From positions 1 to 64,000 of the IMG/VR virus record IMGVR_UViG_3300017432_000006: DNA of 64,000 nucleotides; one strand, written 5' to 3'. Shown here piece after piece: positions 1 to 9,507 of this stretch. Source of the stretch: a virus (taxonomy: Duplodnaviria; Caudoviricetes). The notes beneath the pieces were generated by a model that saw only the letters and a program-made list of their open reading frames with translations, had not been told where the DNA came from and did no database searches. How positions within the stretch are numbered: position 1 is the first letter of the stretch; each line of letters opens with the position of its first letter. The position numbers and the translations under genes are program-made.

Positions 1-1
1 T

Positions 2-517
2 AAGGGATATACCCCAATTGAGGCAGTCATTCCTCACAGACTCCCCGGCGTGCTTGGATATTGACTCTCCGTGGTGTCCGAACAGACTACCACCATCGAA
101 CAGCCTCACCGGCGGCTCATCGTAGTTGTGCCACAGTACACCATGATCTGAATAGTGGTACAAACTGTCAATCGTCACGATATCGAGAAGTGCTGGTGCT
201 TTCTTCTCCAAATACTGACGATGCCTGGTCCATCCATGATTACCGTCGTGCATTCTTACTTGTGCTTCCGGCAGCATCTCTCTGGTCTGGCGGAACAGTT
301 CGGTCGTTTCCTTGACCCCGCCCTCGCCAATACCCACGATTGCATCAGGTGTACCCTCTGACCAACGGCTTGTAGAGTCTGCGTCGTCAATGTCTCCGAG
401 GTAGTTTACACTGTGCGGCTGCCATGCCTTCATTACCTTCAACATCAATTCTACGTGGCGCTTGTTGTGGCGCGGGAAGTGAATGTCACTGGCGAAAAAG
501 GCTCTGTGCTCGCTCAT
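2..517 (-). CDS. Calcineurin-like metallophosphoesterase (3' end runs off the window)
   Basis: Hand translation MSEHRAFFASDIHFP...LGDIDDAD...HDGNHG...HHGES contains the DxH, GDxxD, GNH and H motifs. Not in the supplied ORF track because it has no stop inside the window. Confidence 0.85.
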   Translation of the reverse strand, partial: MSEHRAFFASDIHFPRHNKRHVELMLKVMKAWQPHSVNYLGDIDDADSTSRWSEGTPDAIVGIGEGGVKETTELFRQTREMLPEAQVRMHDGNHGWTRHRQYLEKKAPALLDIVTIDSLYHYSDHGVLWHNYDEPPVRLFDGGSLFGHHGESISKHAGESVRNDCLNWGISL

Positions 518-538
518 ATATTCTCTTTCTACTAGAAA

Positions 539-566
539 CCCCCGCCTAGTAGCCTAAGCGGGGTGT
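539..566 (-). terminator. Intrinsic terminator-like hairpin
   Basis: CCCCGC/GCGGGG stem followed by TTTCT on the minus strand, between the HTH gene and the phosphoesterase. Confidence 0.55.
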
Positions 567-585
567 CTGGGTGCAAGTCTATCAC

Positions 586-840
586 TCACAGTGAGCGTGT
601 CAACTCGGTAGGTGCTTTTGAACTGACACCGTTACGCTCATTACGTTCCTGGGTGCAAAGCGTGTGCTCTGCCTTGTTGTCAGGACGGCGGGAAGGAAGT
701 TTAAAACCGGCGCGGTACAAGATGTTCTTGACTGTCTCCCGGCTGATATCCCACTTCCTAGAAGCATCCATATATGTGGTGTTAGGATCATTGGTGAAAT
801 CTTCAAGAACTCCATCGATGATATCCTGACTGATCAACAT
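586..840 (-). CDS. Small helix-turn-helix DNA-binding protein
   Basis: TYMDASRKWDISRETVKNILYRAG is an HTH-like pattern. ATG at 840 overlaps the HNH stop (track start 849). Confidence 0.6.
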   Translation of the reverse strand: MLISQDIIDGVLEDFTNDPNTTYMDASRKWDISRETVKNILYRAGFKLPSRRPDNKAEHTLCTQERNERNGVSSKAPTELTRSL

Positions 841-1220
841 TTTACCCATTTATCTCCCTTCTCCAAGTTACACTTAAGGTGTGCTGGTTGGACATTCTCG
901 AAAATATGCTTACCACCCTTGGACAAAGGAATGATGTGATCTACAGAACTTGATAGTTGGTCGGGGAATCTCTTATTAGGATGTATAGGTTGAAAACACA
1001 ACTGACATATCCAGTTGAAGTCCTCAGACAACAATATCCTATTGATCTTGTCCCCAGCCTCTACTATGGCTCTTCTCTTCTTATTGTAGAAGTTCTTCTT
1101 GCAGTTAGTGGGAAAGCATACCACACTGGTCCAGTTCTGGTAGCACAGGTATGTGCAAAAACCAGTAATGTCATTCTCTGTGAAGAACTTATTATTACAT
1201 GTTAGGCAAGAGATATTCAT
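834..1220 (-). CDS. HNH endonuclease (free-standing, AT-rich)
   Basis: CQLC...VDHIIPLSKGGKHIFENVQPAHLKCN is a classic HNH motif; N-terminal Cys pairs. Confidence 0.9.
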   Translation of the reverse strand: MNISCLTCNNKFFTENDITGFCTYLCYQNWTSVVCFPTNCKKNFYNKKRRAIVEAGDKINRILLSEDFNWICQLCFQPIHPNKRFPDQLSSSVDHIIPLSKGGKHIFENVQPAHLKCNLEKGDKWVKC

Positions 1221-1261
1221 TTGTCGTTAGTGGGTAGTTCTAACATTTAGAGTAGCCTTCT

Positions 1262-1333
1262 CCCGCGCTCGCGGGTATTTGTTATATTAACTAGCAACAA
1301 GTTGCTAGTAACTACAGAACAAGTTCTGTAGTT
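1262..1333. repeat. Three adjacent perfect palindromes
   Basis: CCCGCG-ct-CGCGGG (1262-1275), ACTAGCAAC-aa-GTTGCTAGT (1290-1309), AACTACAGAAC-aa-GTTCTGTAGTT (1310-1333). Confidence 0.85.
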
Positions 1334-1403
1334 CAAACTTACTTCTTAACTCTTGTCTTGTTTAGTTTACTAGTTTTCTTCTATTTCTCCAAGTATAAAC
1401 CAA

Positions 1404-1432
1404 AGGTTAGCAAGGCGGCTTGAGTCTGTCAA
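1404..1432 (-). promoter_or_regulatory. Sigma70-type promoter
   Basis: TTGACA-17 nt-TAACCT on the minus strand, with a further TATACT just downstream. Confidence 0.55.
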
Positions 1433-1436
1433 GTGC

Positions 1437-1886
1437 TTACCAACCAATTGCGATCCAATAAATCACACCGCCGCGTACGGTACGTGCTTGAATTGGTGCA
1501 TTCGCTGCTTCCGCGCTGTGGTAGATTAGGCTTGCTCCACGATGATCAGGGTCTGACTTTCCTAGACCCTTGACGGTGATTAATTTCTTGCTTCCGTAGT
1601 TTCCACCTTCTGCTCTTGGTGTGGCTACGACGATTGGCTGACACCCTGACGTAAAGAACGAACCAAAGTATACCTCTTTTGAAGAGTACATCTTAGTAGG
1701 GTTAGCCGGTACAGGTGCTCGTCCAGCAAGAATTCTGATACCACCGGCCTTGCTGATGCTACCCTTGAACAACATCTTGGGCATATTCTCGAACAAGAAT
1801 TGATCGTTGTTCGCCATCTGCTTGAGTTTATCAAGTTCAATGTCCTCCCCGTTCCACTGGACCGGGCTATAGTTCTGTACTGCCAC
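1437..1886 (-). CDS. Minor tail protein
   Basis: 149 aa ORF at the distal end of the tail operon; position and beta-rich C-terminus. Confidence 0.6.
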   Translation of the reverse strand: MAVQNYSPVQWNGEDIELDKLKQMANNDQFLFENMPKMLFKGSISKAGGIRILAGRAPVPANPTKMYSSKEVYFGSFFTSGCQPIVVATPRAEGGNYGSKKLITVKGLGKSDPDHRGASLIYHSAEAANAPIQARTVRGGVIYWIAIGW

Positions 1887-2004
1887 CGTGCTTCTCCCTT
1901 CCGAATGCTCTCCACTTCGCTAACTCTTCGAGCAGCGTAGCGTTGATATCCTTGAGTATTTCTATTTGTTCTTTTTGAACGTCTACTAACTTGACATTAT
2001 CCAT
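1867..2004 (-). CDS. Small hypothetical protein (45 aa)
   Basis: Hand translation MDNVKLVDVQKEQIEILKDINATLLEELAKW...; fills the gap between tail genes. Confidence 0.45.
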   Translation of the reverse strand: MDNVKLVDVQKEQIEILKDINATLLEELAKWRAFGREKHGGSTEL

Positions 2005-2016
2005 TGGTTGATTATA

Positions 2017-4809
2017 TCACTTCGTGTAGGTGATTTCTAAGATAGGTGCCCCTACCTCACTGGCTCCCTTGAACAATATTTCGTGAAGCGGGTCACTCGA
2101 TGAACCCGGCCCAATCATGATTCCCTTGAATGTTCCATTCTTCCAACTGGCAAAACTGTCGGTTGGGATTCTGACCCAAATACCTTGCCCCTTTCTGATC
2201 AGTGGTCTTCCAAGTCTTTCGACGTAAACAGTCAATCCGTTCATGGTGTTCTCAGGTCGGTTGACTGATCCGTGGGCTCCGATTCTTGTTCTTGTACCTG
2301 TGTTGGACACAGCAGAACCCGCTTGTAGGAACAGACGCATACTGTTGATTTCAGCACCGGCGAGGTCGTTGACGATCTGTTCGGGGAACCCGTAAAGCGA
2401 ACGCTTATTACCATTCGAGAATCTGTCTCCCTGTGCCTGTCCTTGTCCACCGAACTCGACCGACTTAATTCTGGCGTTGTCACCCTGGTACATACCTGTC
2501 CATGTTGACTGGTAGCGACGAGTTGTAGTTACCTTGATTGGCTCAGGGTTTGGCTCTTCGCTTGAAGGCGGCGGTGTAGGTGTGACAGTTCCACCATTGT
2601 TAGGATCAGTGTAGGCACCGTCAGAGGAACCACCCATCTTAATACTTGAGAGTGGGCCCTCTTCTCTAATGTCAAACATGGCAAGACGGTTGTCAAGTGC
2701 CACTGATCCGGCGGAAGCAATTGCACTACAAAGAATTCTTGCAGTGGTGTCCACTGGCGAAAATACTCTACCAATAACGTCAATCGGTACGTTTCTATCC
2801 GATGTGTTACCTGTATTTGTGTAAACTCTTTGACCGATGACTCTCGAAGTTGTCGTAGGTGATCTACCGTCAAGGGACTGTCTCAGGAATACTTCGAATG
2901 ACTTATCACCGGTTGAAGCATTCATCTGGAAGTTGGCGTAGACGGTATACTCAATACCCCCGCGAATTGGTGCGTAGAATTCGACAAGACCGCGCTCTAC
3001 CTGATAAATTCTTGGTCTTGGTTCGAATGAGCGAGCATAACGACCAACGAGTTTACCGGCCTTACGATCTAGAATTTCTTCAAGTGACTCTCCACCGACA
3101 GACAGTTGGTTGGTGATGAGGTTCTGGAAAGTACCTTCCCCAATTTCGTTAATACCGGCCAATGTTTGTCCATCTTCCGAGATAATGCCGAAGTAGTCAC
3201 TCGATGAAGTTCCTAGTCTGATAACCTCTCTCAAAGTGCCTGGTGTAGTTACATTTCCATTTTCATCCAGAATGTCCAATGTCTTACCGAAGATTCTCAG
3301 ACCGGTACCTGTCAACTCAGCGTGAGTGTCTAGTTCTGGACCTGCGAGAATTCTTGTGTCAGAAGACAATTCACCAGTCGTAATCTTTCCTGCTTCAAGA
3401 GATGAAATCTGAGCAGAGTTGATAGACGCATTTTGAATGTCGCTACCATTGATCAGTTTCGGTGATCCTGTTGCTTCGTCTGACGGAGTAGACGAATTAC
3501 CTGAGTAGTCGTACGCCACGAACTTGACGTAGTAGGTACTACCAAATGTCAAACCGCCGACGATGATTCTTTGACTTGACCCGTTGGTGCTCATACGACC
3601 GACAAAGTTGGTCGGTGTCACTGTGAACCCCTTAGACGTCGAAGCGTGTACTGCTACGTGAGAGAAGTCAGAAGGCATGTTGGCATTGCTTGTTGTCTTA
3701 CCGTCCCATGCTACTGTCATCTGACCAACGTAATTACCAGTAACCGGCGTTGACGGCTTCGGTAGTGGCTCTGTGTCTCTGCCTGTGTCTAGTTGCTCAG
3801 GGGCCGGGATGAATGCTGATCTGTTACCCGCGCGGTCGACGCTGGCAAGAGATACCTCGTACATCGTGTTCGGTGACAAGTTCTCCAAACGGGCGGTATT
3901 GGTGAATGAGACCACTTGGCTAAAAGCACTCGCTCCCGCTCGTCGGTAACTAACCACGTAGTTATTGAAATCTGTGTCCACCGCAGCAATCCAACGTAGC
4001 GTCACGTCCTTTCTCAGAACGTACGGGTTCGACAAGTCTGTCTCGATGGTGTACCAGTTGGTGACCCATTCAGGGTTTGCAGGTGGGGTCGTGTCGTTAC
4101 CGGCTTTACCGGGAGCGCCTTGGAGGACGTTGGACGTAAAAGTTTCCTGTCCGAAATTGTCTACCGTTGACAGTCTGAAATAACGGACACTGTAGTCTTG
4201 GGTTGCGTACAAGAACTGCGGTGCAGCACCTTCGTAAATCTTCTCAGACGTTGTGGTGTTGGTATTACCCTTGTAGACTCTGTAGAGCGCAACGTCCTTA
4301 TCGGTTGTCGGTGTCCATGTGAATCGCAAAGCATCAGTCACTGACAGCAGGGCGAAATTGGTCGCTGCCACCGGGAATGCATTAGTTACCGTTACTGACG
4401 CCTGGTCACTATTGGTGTTGAGCGAGTTGTCTCTTGCGGCTACGCTGAACTTGAAAGAAGGTCTTGGTGTGGTGAAGGCAGACACGTTCTGGTCATATGT
4501 GAAATCGAATGATGTGGCAGACGTGTAGTACGTTCTTACGATCCCGCCGGTTTCGACAGTTATTCTGTAGTCCTTGAAGTCTGTTAGTGGGCTACCATCT
4601 ACGTTTGTTGTAGGTGCATTCCAAGTTAGACGGAAGTTCTTCTCCACCGCCGCTCCCGTGAGACCCGTGATCTTGGCCGGTGCAACGAGGTCGTTGGTTG
4701 TCTCAAAACTGAGAATTTGACTCCACTCTGAAACCTCGTCTCCTGCGATTGATCTGAATTGAGCGAGGTACTTCTGGCCCGGGGATAGTCCTGTGATGAT
4801 CTTTCTCAT
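2017..4809 (-). CDS. Tail tip / minor tail protein with multiple fibronectin type III-like domains
   Basis: Repeated FN3 signatures (LTWNAP, YYVKFVAYDYSGN, YEVSLASVDRAGN), a central tail-tip-like region and a C-terminal PILEITYT motif. Confidence 0.8.
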   Translation of the reverse strand: MRKIITGLSPGQKYLAQFRSIAGDEVSEWSQILSFETTNDLVAPAKITGLTGAAVEKNFRLTWNAPTTNVDGSPLTDFKDYRITVETGGIVRTYYTSATSFDFTYDQNVSAFTTPRPSFKFSVAARDNSLNTNSDQASVTVTNAFPVAATNFALLSVTDALRFTWTPTTDKDVALYRVYKGNTNTTTSEKIYEGAAPQFLYATQDYSVRYFRLSTVDNFGQETFTSNVLQGAPGKAGNDTTPPANPEWVTNWYTIETDLSNPYVLRKDVTLRWIAAVDTDFNNYVVSYRRAGASAFSQVVSFTNTARLENLSPNTMYEVSLASVDRAGNRSAFIPAPEQLDTGRDTEPLPKPSTPVTGNYVGQMTVAWDGKTTSNANMPSDFSHVAVHASTSKGFTVTPTNFVGRMSTNGSSQRIIVGGLTFGSTYYVKFVAYDYSGNSSTPSDEATGSPKLINGSDIQNASINSAQISSLEAGKITTGELSSDTRILAGPELDTHAELTGTGLRIFGKTLDILDENGNVTTPGTLREVIRLGTSSSDYFGIISEDGQTLAGINEIGEGTFQNLITNQLSVGGESLEEILDRKAGKLVGRYARSFEPRPRIYQVERGLVEFYAPIRGGIEYTVYANFQMNASTGDKSFEVFLRQSLDGRSPTTTSRVIGQRVYTNTGNTSDRNVPIDVIGRVFSPVDTTARILCSAIASAGSVALDNRLAMFDIREEGPLSSIKMGGSSDGAYTDPNNGGTVTPTPPPSSEEPNPEPIKVTTTRRYQSTWTGMYQGDNARIKSVEFGGQGQAQGDRFSNGNKRSLYGFPEQIVNDLAGAEINSMRLFLQAGSAVSNTGTRTRIGAHGSVNRPENTMNGLTVYVERLGRPLIRKGQGIWVRIPTDSFASWKNGTFKGIMIGPGSSSDPLHEILFKGASEVGAPILEITYTK

Positions 4810-5585
4810 GAGGCACCTATGTTAAATGTCAGTGGGTATTCTACTTCCTTGTTCTCTCCGGTAAGTTTGTCAACGTTTGCGATCTTAGAATATCCGACGA
4901 GTCCGTACTGCGGGTTGTTGGTTCTCAGGTTCTCGAATCTAATACCCTCTACAAGAACCGACGCGGTTGCCTGTAGTGACACATAGGTCAGGTTGCTAGT
5001 ATTGACACTTCCGTTAGTAGTTCTTGAACCGATGGCTACCTTGGCAATTGTCTTACCGGCTGACAGGTTGAAAAGGTACTGCCAGTAATTAGAAGCATCG
5101 TTACCAATTCTCAGGGTCAGAGTTGAACTTGTGGCGGAACTGGTCAAGACCTTGATCGAATCATCGCTGACGAAATTGTCAAGTGTGAATGACAGATCAC
5201 TGACCGAAGTGAATGACTGTACTCTGATAGACTCTTCTTTGATGTACTGACCTACAGAAATATTTGCTGTAGTCCACCCTGCCGCCGCTGTACCGCCAGG
5301 GAAGAGATTGATGTTTTGATCCTCTTCAAGAATAAATGCTTCACCTGCGTACAGACCTACCTCGGTAATTGAACAACTGAGTTCTTGTGGCAGATCACCC
5401 TTGAAGACGATTCTGTTGTTGTCTCTGTCGAGTCCTGTGATGCTAACTGGAATACGAGTAATCTCAAACCCCAGGCTCTCACCGTCGATGACTTCACCAA
5501 TACCGACAACAAGTGTATCAGCGATGCTTGTTTCTGTACCTGTCAGAGTGTTAAGAATTCTATCTTTTCCATATGGTGTTATCAT
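4806..5585 (-). CDS. Minor tail / baseplate-like protein
   Basis: MIT..GK..I start and FEITRIPV...IVFKG.LP...ITEVGLY pattern; coupled to neighbours by 4-nt overlaps. Confidence 0.65.
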   Translation of the reverse strand: MITPYGKDRILNTLTGTETSIADTLVVGIGEVIDGESLGFEITRIPVSITGLDRDNNRIVFKGDLPQELSCSITEVGLYAGEAFILEEDQNINLFPGGTAAAGWTTANISVGQYIKEESIRVQSFTSVSDLSFTLDNFVSDDSIKVLTSSATSSTLTLRIGNDASNYWQYLFNLSAGKTIAKVAIGSRTTNGSVNTSNLTYVSLQATASVLVEGIRFENLRTNNPQYGLVGYSKIANVDKLTGENKEVEYPLTFNIGAS

Positions 5586-5887
5586 GTGTCTACCGCCGTT
5601 CTTATTTCAAAGTCTTGTACCCCGTCAATATCAGGTACTTCAATCTCTACATCGATCAAAAATGTTCCGTCCTTCTGTGGTCTCACGTATTGGCCTACTA
5701 TGTCGAATGATGTAGGTGCGCTGACCGTGGTGTCATTACCCTCTTCAATTCCTTCTTCCGGTCCCGGCGCGTTCTCAAAATAATCCTGGTCCGAGTAGTA
5801 GTCTTCCTCGGGCTCTTTCTGATTTCTGAGGTCAACCACGTATGGCGGGACAGCGTGAACGGGATCGATGTATCTAGGATTGGTCAT
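5582..5887 (-). CDS. Minor tail protein (small Ig-like C-terminus)
   Basis: 101 aa ORF in the tail operon, overlapping the next gene. Confidence 0.55.
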   Translation of the reverse strand: MTNPRYIDPVHAVPPYVVDLRNQKEPEEDYYSDQDYFENAPGPEEGIEEGNDTTVSAPTSFDIVGQYVRPQKDGTFLIDVEIEVPDIDGVQDFEIRTAVDT

Positions 5888-5905
5888 TGTTCCATCATAT
5901 CATAA

Positions 5906-8900
5906 TCACACAATTGATCTTAGTGTCAATTGTGTTTCGATACCCTTTCCTAGAACTGTGTCTATGCCTGTGACTATGTGCTGCTTTGAGTCTGTCATGT
6001 TTTTATCGGGATAATTGATAGTGACGATGGAACCGATCTTGATGGTTGGGTTACCGAATACCTTCATTCTTGATTCAATGGAACCCTTGGCCCATACTGA
6101 TCTAATCCATGAAGCAAGTTCTTGAGCAAAGGACTTTGTCTGAATGTACGGAGATGAGAACACTGTCTCTACTTCTCCGCGCGTTCTGATGCTGTCTTCG
6201 TCTCTTTCCTCAATTTCTTGTTCGTCCTCTTGGTTGATCTTACGTCCGTAAATGAGCAACTTTTGGTCAATTGGGTTGTTAGCACCAAAAGTTGTTTTGT
6301 CCTCACCGTTGGCAACCATGCTTTCTCTCGATGCGTTGATCAGCACGAACTTGGCGCCGAATGCATCGGACGAGTATTCTGGGCACACGATTTGCTCGTT
6401 GCTGAGGAACAGTCTTGAGTGCTGGACAGGCGATGGTTCAAAATTGACTTCTATTTCTCTGACTTCGTGTACGTTGGCACCAAAGTCTGTGAATACGTCA
6501 GGTAGTCTCTTTCTGGCGTCGTACCTTCTAATGCCCTTGTAGTCCATGTCGAATGTACCGCTGGTAAAATCACCCTTACGCTTGTCGTAGGTGCCGCTAC
6601 CGTCGAGAGCATCTGAGCCAGAGTATCTTTCGTTAGTGTTGTAGTAGTACTCGTAATCGGCCTGCGTGTACCCACCGGCCATGAGTCCAGAATACGGACC
6701 GGTGTTGAAGTTTCTCTCTCCGGTGTAGTTGATCATTAGTCTTCCATTGAGGAATACACTGATCAAGATGCGAGAAGGCTCAGTGATGACACGTACGTCG
6801 AGGTCGTACCAAGTGTTCTGGAAGATGTTGGCGTCTGCGGTGGCAACCAATGTTCTTACTCCTGTGTGGCTACGCTTCCAGATATTTACTTCCTTGCGTG
6901 ATTTACCGAATCCTGTTAGTACTGAGTTAGTAGGTACTACAGTGACAAACCAGCAACCGGCGTTGTTCGAACCATTGGCAGGTCCACCTTGCTTGAAGAA
7001 AAGCCCGGCTTCGTTGAACTTATTGGGCGTGCTAGAGTTCATCTTGAGTCTGGTACCTAATCCCATAAATACCGCACCGTTCGGTGTCAAACTGCGAAGT
7101 AGCAATTGGTGACTGGTGTTCCAGGTCTTGTCCGTGGTAATGCGAAGGCAAGAATTAGTTGCCGTGTAGAAGTTACCCTTTGGTGGTACGAAGTGAGTTG
7201 CGAAACTACCTCTGTGAAAAGTCTTGTCCCAATTGGTACCGTCGATGTTCATGCTTCTGTTGTATGTGTTTCTCAGCACTGCATCGATGTTCACTGCTGT
7301 AGATACAAGAGGAATTCTACTTCCAAAAGCCCCGCGCCCTGAGGGAATATTCTGTCCGAAGATCGGGCTCTTACCATTTGCCTCAATGTACATCTTACCC
7401 GTAAAGCCGTTCTTCCACCTGTAGGCAGGGTCAGACGCTTGATCGAGTTTGTCCTTGCGTTCCTTAGAATCGACCTTACGATAAGTAACTCTCCCGCCGC
7501 GTAGGTAGTATGCGTACTCCTTACCATCGTACTTAATGTACTCACCGTTAATGTTAACGATTCCTGAGTACGGCCAAGTCTGCGACTCGGCGGCAGAAAT
7601 CAAGAACTGACCATCTGTTCGAGAAAGTTCTCTACGTAGCGCAGATGATCTGAGCACCATGGTATCCTGCTGCTCCCAGACAGTCTCCATCTTGGGGTAT
7701 CCGTTGTTGAATGCTGACACGTCGGTTGACTGATAGTTCGCCTTAACGACGTTAGCCTCGTACTCCCCGTTTTTTGCGTAGGACTCGATATCAGAAAGTT
7801 CTAGACCTCTGCGAGTGTTCGAGAACTCCCAATCGGGTGTTTCCTTCTTCTTGTAAACTTCTCTACGAGACTGCACATTGATTTCATCGAACTCGTCAAC
7901 CCACACTGCTGTTTGAGTGGCACGGGCTAGGTCGGAAATGATCTGCCATGCTGATGACTCACCGTCTGTCCAGAAGTAAGGAATAACCTGTGAAACATCG
8001 TCCTCGGCTTCCTTAAAGTTGTAGTTGGTGAATCCCAATTTGTTCAAGATATACGTGATGATTTCACCGACGCGACGGTTCTCCAGATAAATCTTTGGCA
8101 TGGTGATGTTCTTGAGGAATGAAGTACAGTCCTCAAGTTCTACGCTTACTTCGTCTTGGTCCTGGTTGCTCCAATTCTGTACGTGCATAGTAGCCATCAA
8201 GATTCTGACCCCGCCGACTGTGAAGTAAATCTGCATCTGTGTGTTCTTGTCGATCAAGCCGTAGTAGATAGAATTCTTGTTCTCAGAATTAAGGGCTCTG
8301 TCGTTGTTGAAGAGCGTCAGGTTTCCTGTGTTTGATGAGGCAGCACCAAGCGGGGCAACTGCTTCTGTATCAGAAAGTTCCTCTGTTAGATTAGCACCGG
8401 CCTCTGTCAGTCTGCTTGACAGGTCTTGACGTAGACGGGCAGAGATTTCAATGATCTGTAGTCTTGATGAACGCACGTTAAGCGCCGTCACACGGAATCT
8501 CACTGACTGCACCTTAACATCATTAGTAATGTTCTCTGCGTTTGACCAGTTGTTGTCGTCTTGGAGGTAAATACTGATACCACCCACGCCGTCTACCTTG
8601 GCGTTTTCTTGGTTGGCAATTTGTCTCCATGTACCATTGATCTTGGCATCGATAGTGTATCGTCTGATGTTGACGTAGGTTGCTTCTAGTTGAATGCGAA
8701 TCTTGTTCGTCACAACCCCCGCGTCTCCGTAGTTTACTTCAATAACATTTTCTGAAACGGGTGCGTTACCACTTGAGTCAAATGTGGATGAACTCTTGAT
8801 ACCTGACTTCCAGTGCTTGTAGTAGTCGTCTTCGTCAACCGGGTAGACCTTACCCACATAACCAGCCGTCTTGAGAGGAATACCGAAGTAACCCTTGACG

Positions 8901-9115
8901 ATACCAGACTTAGTAGGGCGACGAGGTTCTACGATACTTTCCTTGGGGAACAGAATACTGTCATGATCACCGTTAGTGGATACGACTATGCCGGGGGTGT
9001 AGCGGTTGTGGTTCCACTCAGCAATAATGGTAGTTTTGGTGTCACGCACGTTGAAACTTGTCTTGAGAATGTTCTTGACATTGTTGTACTGATCTGTCGT
9101 CAGGTTACCTCTCAT
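5906..9115 (-). CDS. Large minor tail protein (Tal/hub-like)
   Basis: ~1070 aa downstream of the Dit-like gene; hub-like segments (SAWQIISDLARATQTAVWVDEFD; C-terminal GNPTIKIGSIVTI). ATG at 9115 overlaps the upstream stop (track start 9145). Confidence 0.75.
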   Translation of the reverse strand: MRGNLTTDQYNNVKNILKTSFNVRDTKTTIIAEWNHNRYTPGIVVSTNGDHDSILFPKESIVEPRRPTKSGIVKGYFGIPLKTAGYVGKVYPVDEDDYYKHWKSGIKSSSTFDSSGNAPVSENVIEVNYGDAGVVTNKIRIQLEATYVNIRRYTIDAKINGTWRQIANQENAKVDGVGGISIYLQDDNNWSNAENITNDVKVQSVRFRVTALNVRSSRLQIIEISARLRQDLSSRLTEAGANLTEELSDTEAVAPLGAASSNTGNLTLFNNDRALNSENKNSIYYGLIDKNTQMQIYFTVGGVRILMATMHVQNWSNQDQDEVSVELEDCTSFLKNITMPKIYLENRRVGEIITYILNKLGFTNYNFKEAEDDVSQVIPYFWTDGESSAWQIISDLARATQTAVWVDEFDEINVQSRREVYKKKETPDWEFSNTRRGLELSDIESYAKNGEYEANVVKANYQSTDVSAFNNGYPKMETVWEQQDTMVLRSSALRRELSRTDGQFLISAAESQTWPYSGIVNINGEYIKYDGKEYAYYLRGGRVTYRKVDSKERKDKLDQASDPAYRWKNGFTGKMYIEANGKSPIFGQNIPSGRGAFGSRIPLVSTAVNIDAVLRNTYNRSMNIDGTNWDKTFHRGSFATHFVPPKGNFYTATNSCLRITTDKTWNTSHQLLLRSLTPNGAVFMGLGTRLKMNSSTPNKFNEAGLFFKQGGPANGSNNAGCWFVTVVPTNSVLTGFGKSRKEVNIWKRSHTGVRTLVATADANIFQNTWYDLDVRVITEPSRILISVFLNGRLMINYTGERNFNTGPYSGLMAGGYTQADYEYYYNTNERYSGSDALDGSGTYDKRKGDFTSGTFDMDYKGIRRYDARKRLPDVFTDFGANVHEVREIEVNFEPSPVQHSRLFLSNEQIVCPEYSSDAFGAKFVLINASRESMVANGEDKTTFGANNPIDQKLLIYGRKINQEDEQEIEERDEDSIRTRGEVETVFSSPYIQTKSFAQELASWIRSVWAKGSIESRMKVFGNPTIKIGSIVTINYPDKNMTDSKQHIVTGIDTVLGKGIETQLTLRSIV

Positions 9116-9507
9116 ACCTCTACCATTTCCACTGATACGTCCCACCAGTCATATTTACCCGCGCGCTTGACAAGCGTTGAACTGAAATTGTTCATGTACA
9201 CGGTGTAGTTTCTGATCTTTCCATCTCCTTCTAGTACCACAAGAGTAAAGACATTAGCGGTGTTGTAAAAGTTCTCCATCTCCCGCGCTCCCCAAAAGTT
9301 GTCAACGGTGTGTGCGGCTGTGCCGGGCACGGTTGTCCAACTCAGGGAAAATGTACGCTTGTCTGCGATCACATACGAGCGCGACGTACCGTCCGCCATA
9401 CGAGCACGGTTCTCGATACGCTCTACGCTCATCTGCAACTCAGAACGGTTGTGGTCAGTAATCTTATTACCGCTCCACGTCATTAATTGGGGCTTGAGAA
9501 ACTTCAC
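9112..9507 (-). CDS. Distal tail protein-like (Dit-like)
   Basis: RARMADGTSRSYVIADKRTFSLSW pattern; lies directly after the tape measure gene. Confidence 0.7.
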   Translation of the reverse strand: MKFLKPQLMTWSGNKITDHNRSELQMSVERIENRARMADGTSRSYVIADKRTFSLSWTTVPGTAAHTVDNFWGAREMENFYNTANVFTLVVLEGDGKIRNYTVYMNNFSSTLVKRAGKYDWWDVSVEMVEV

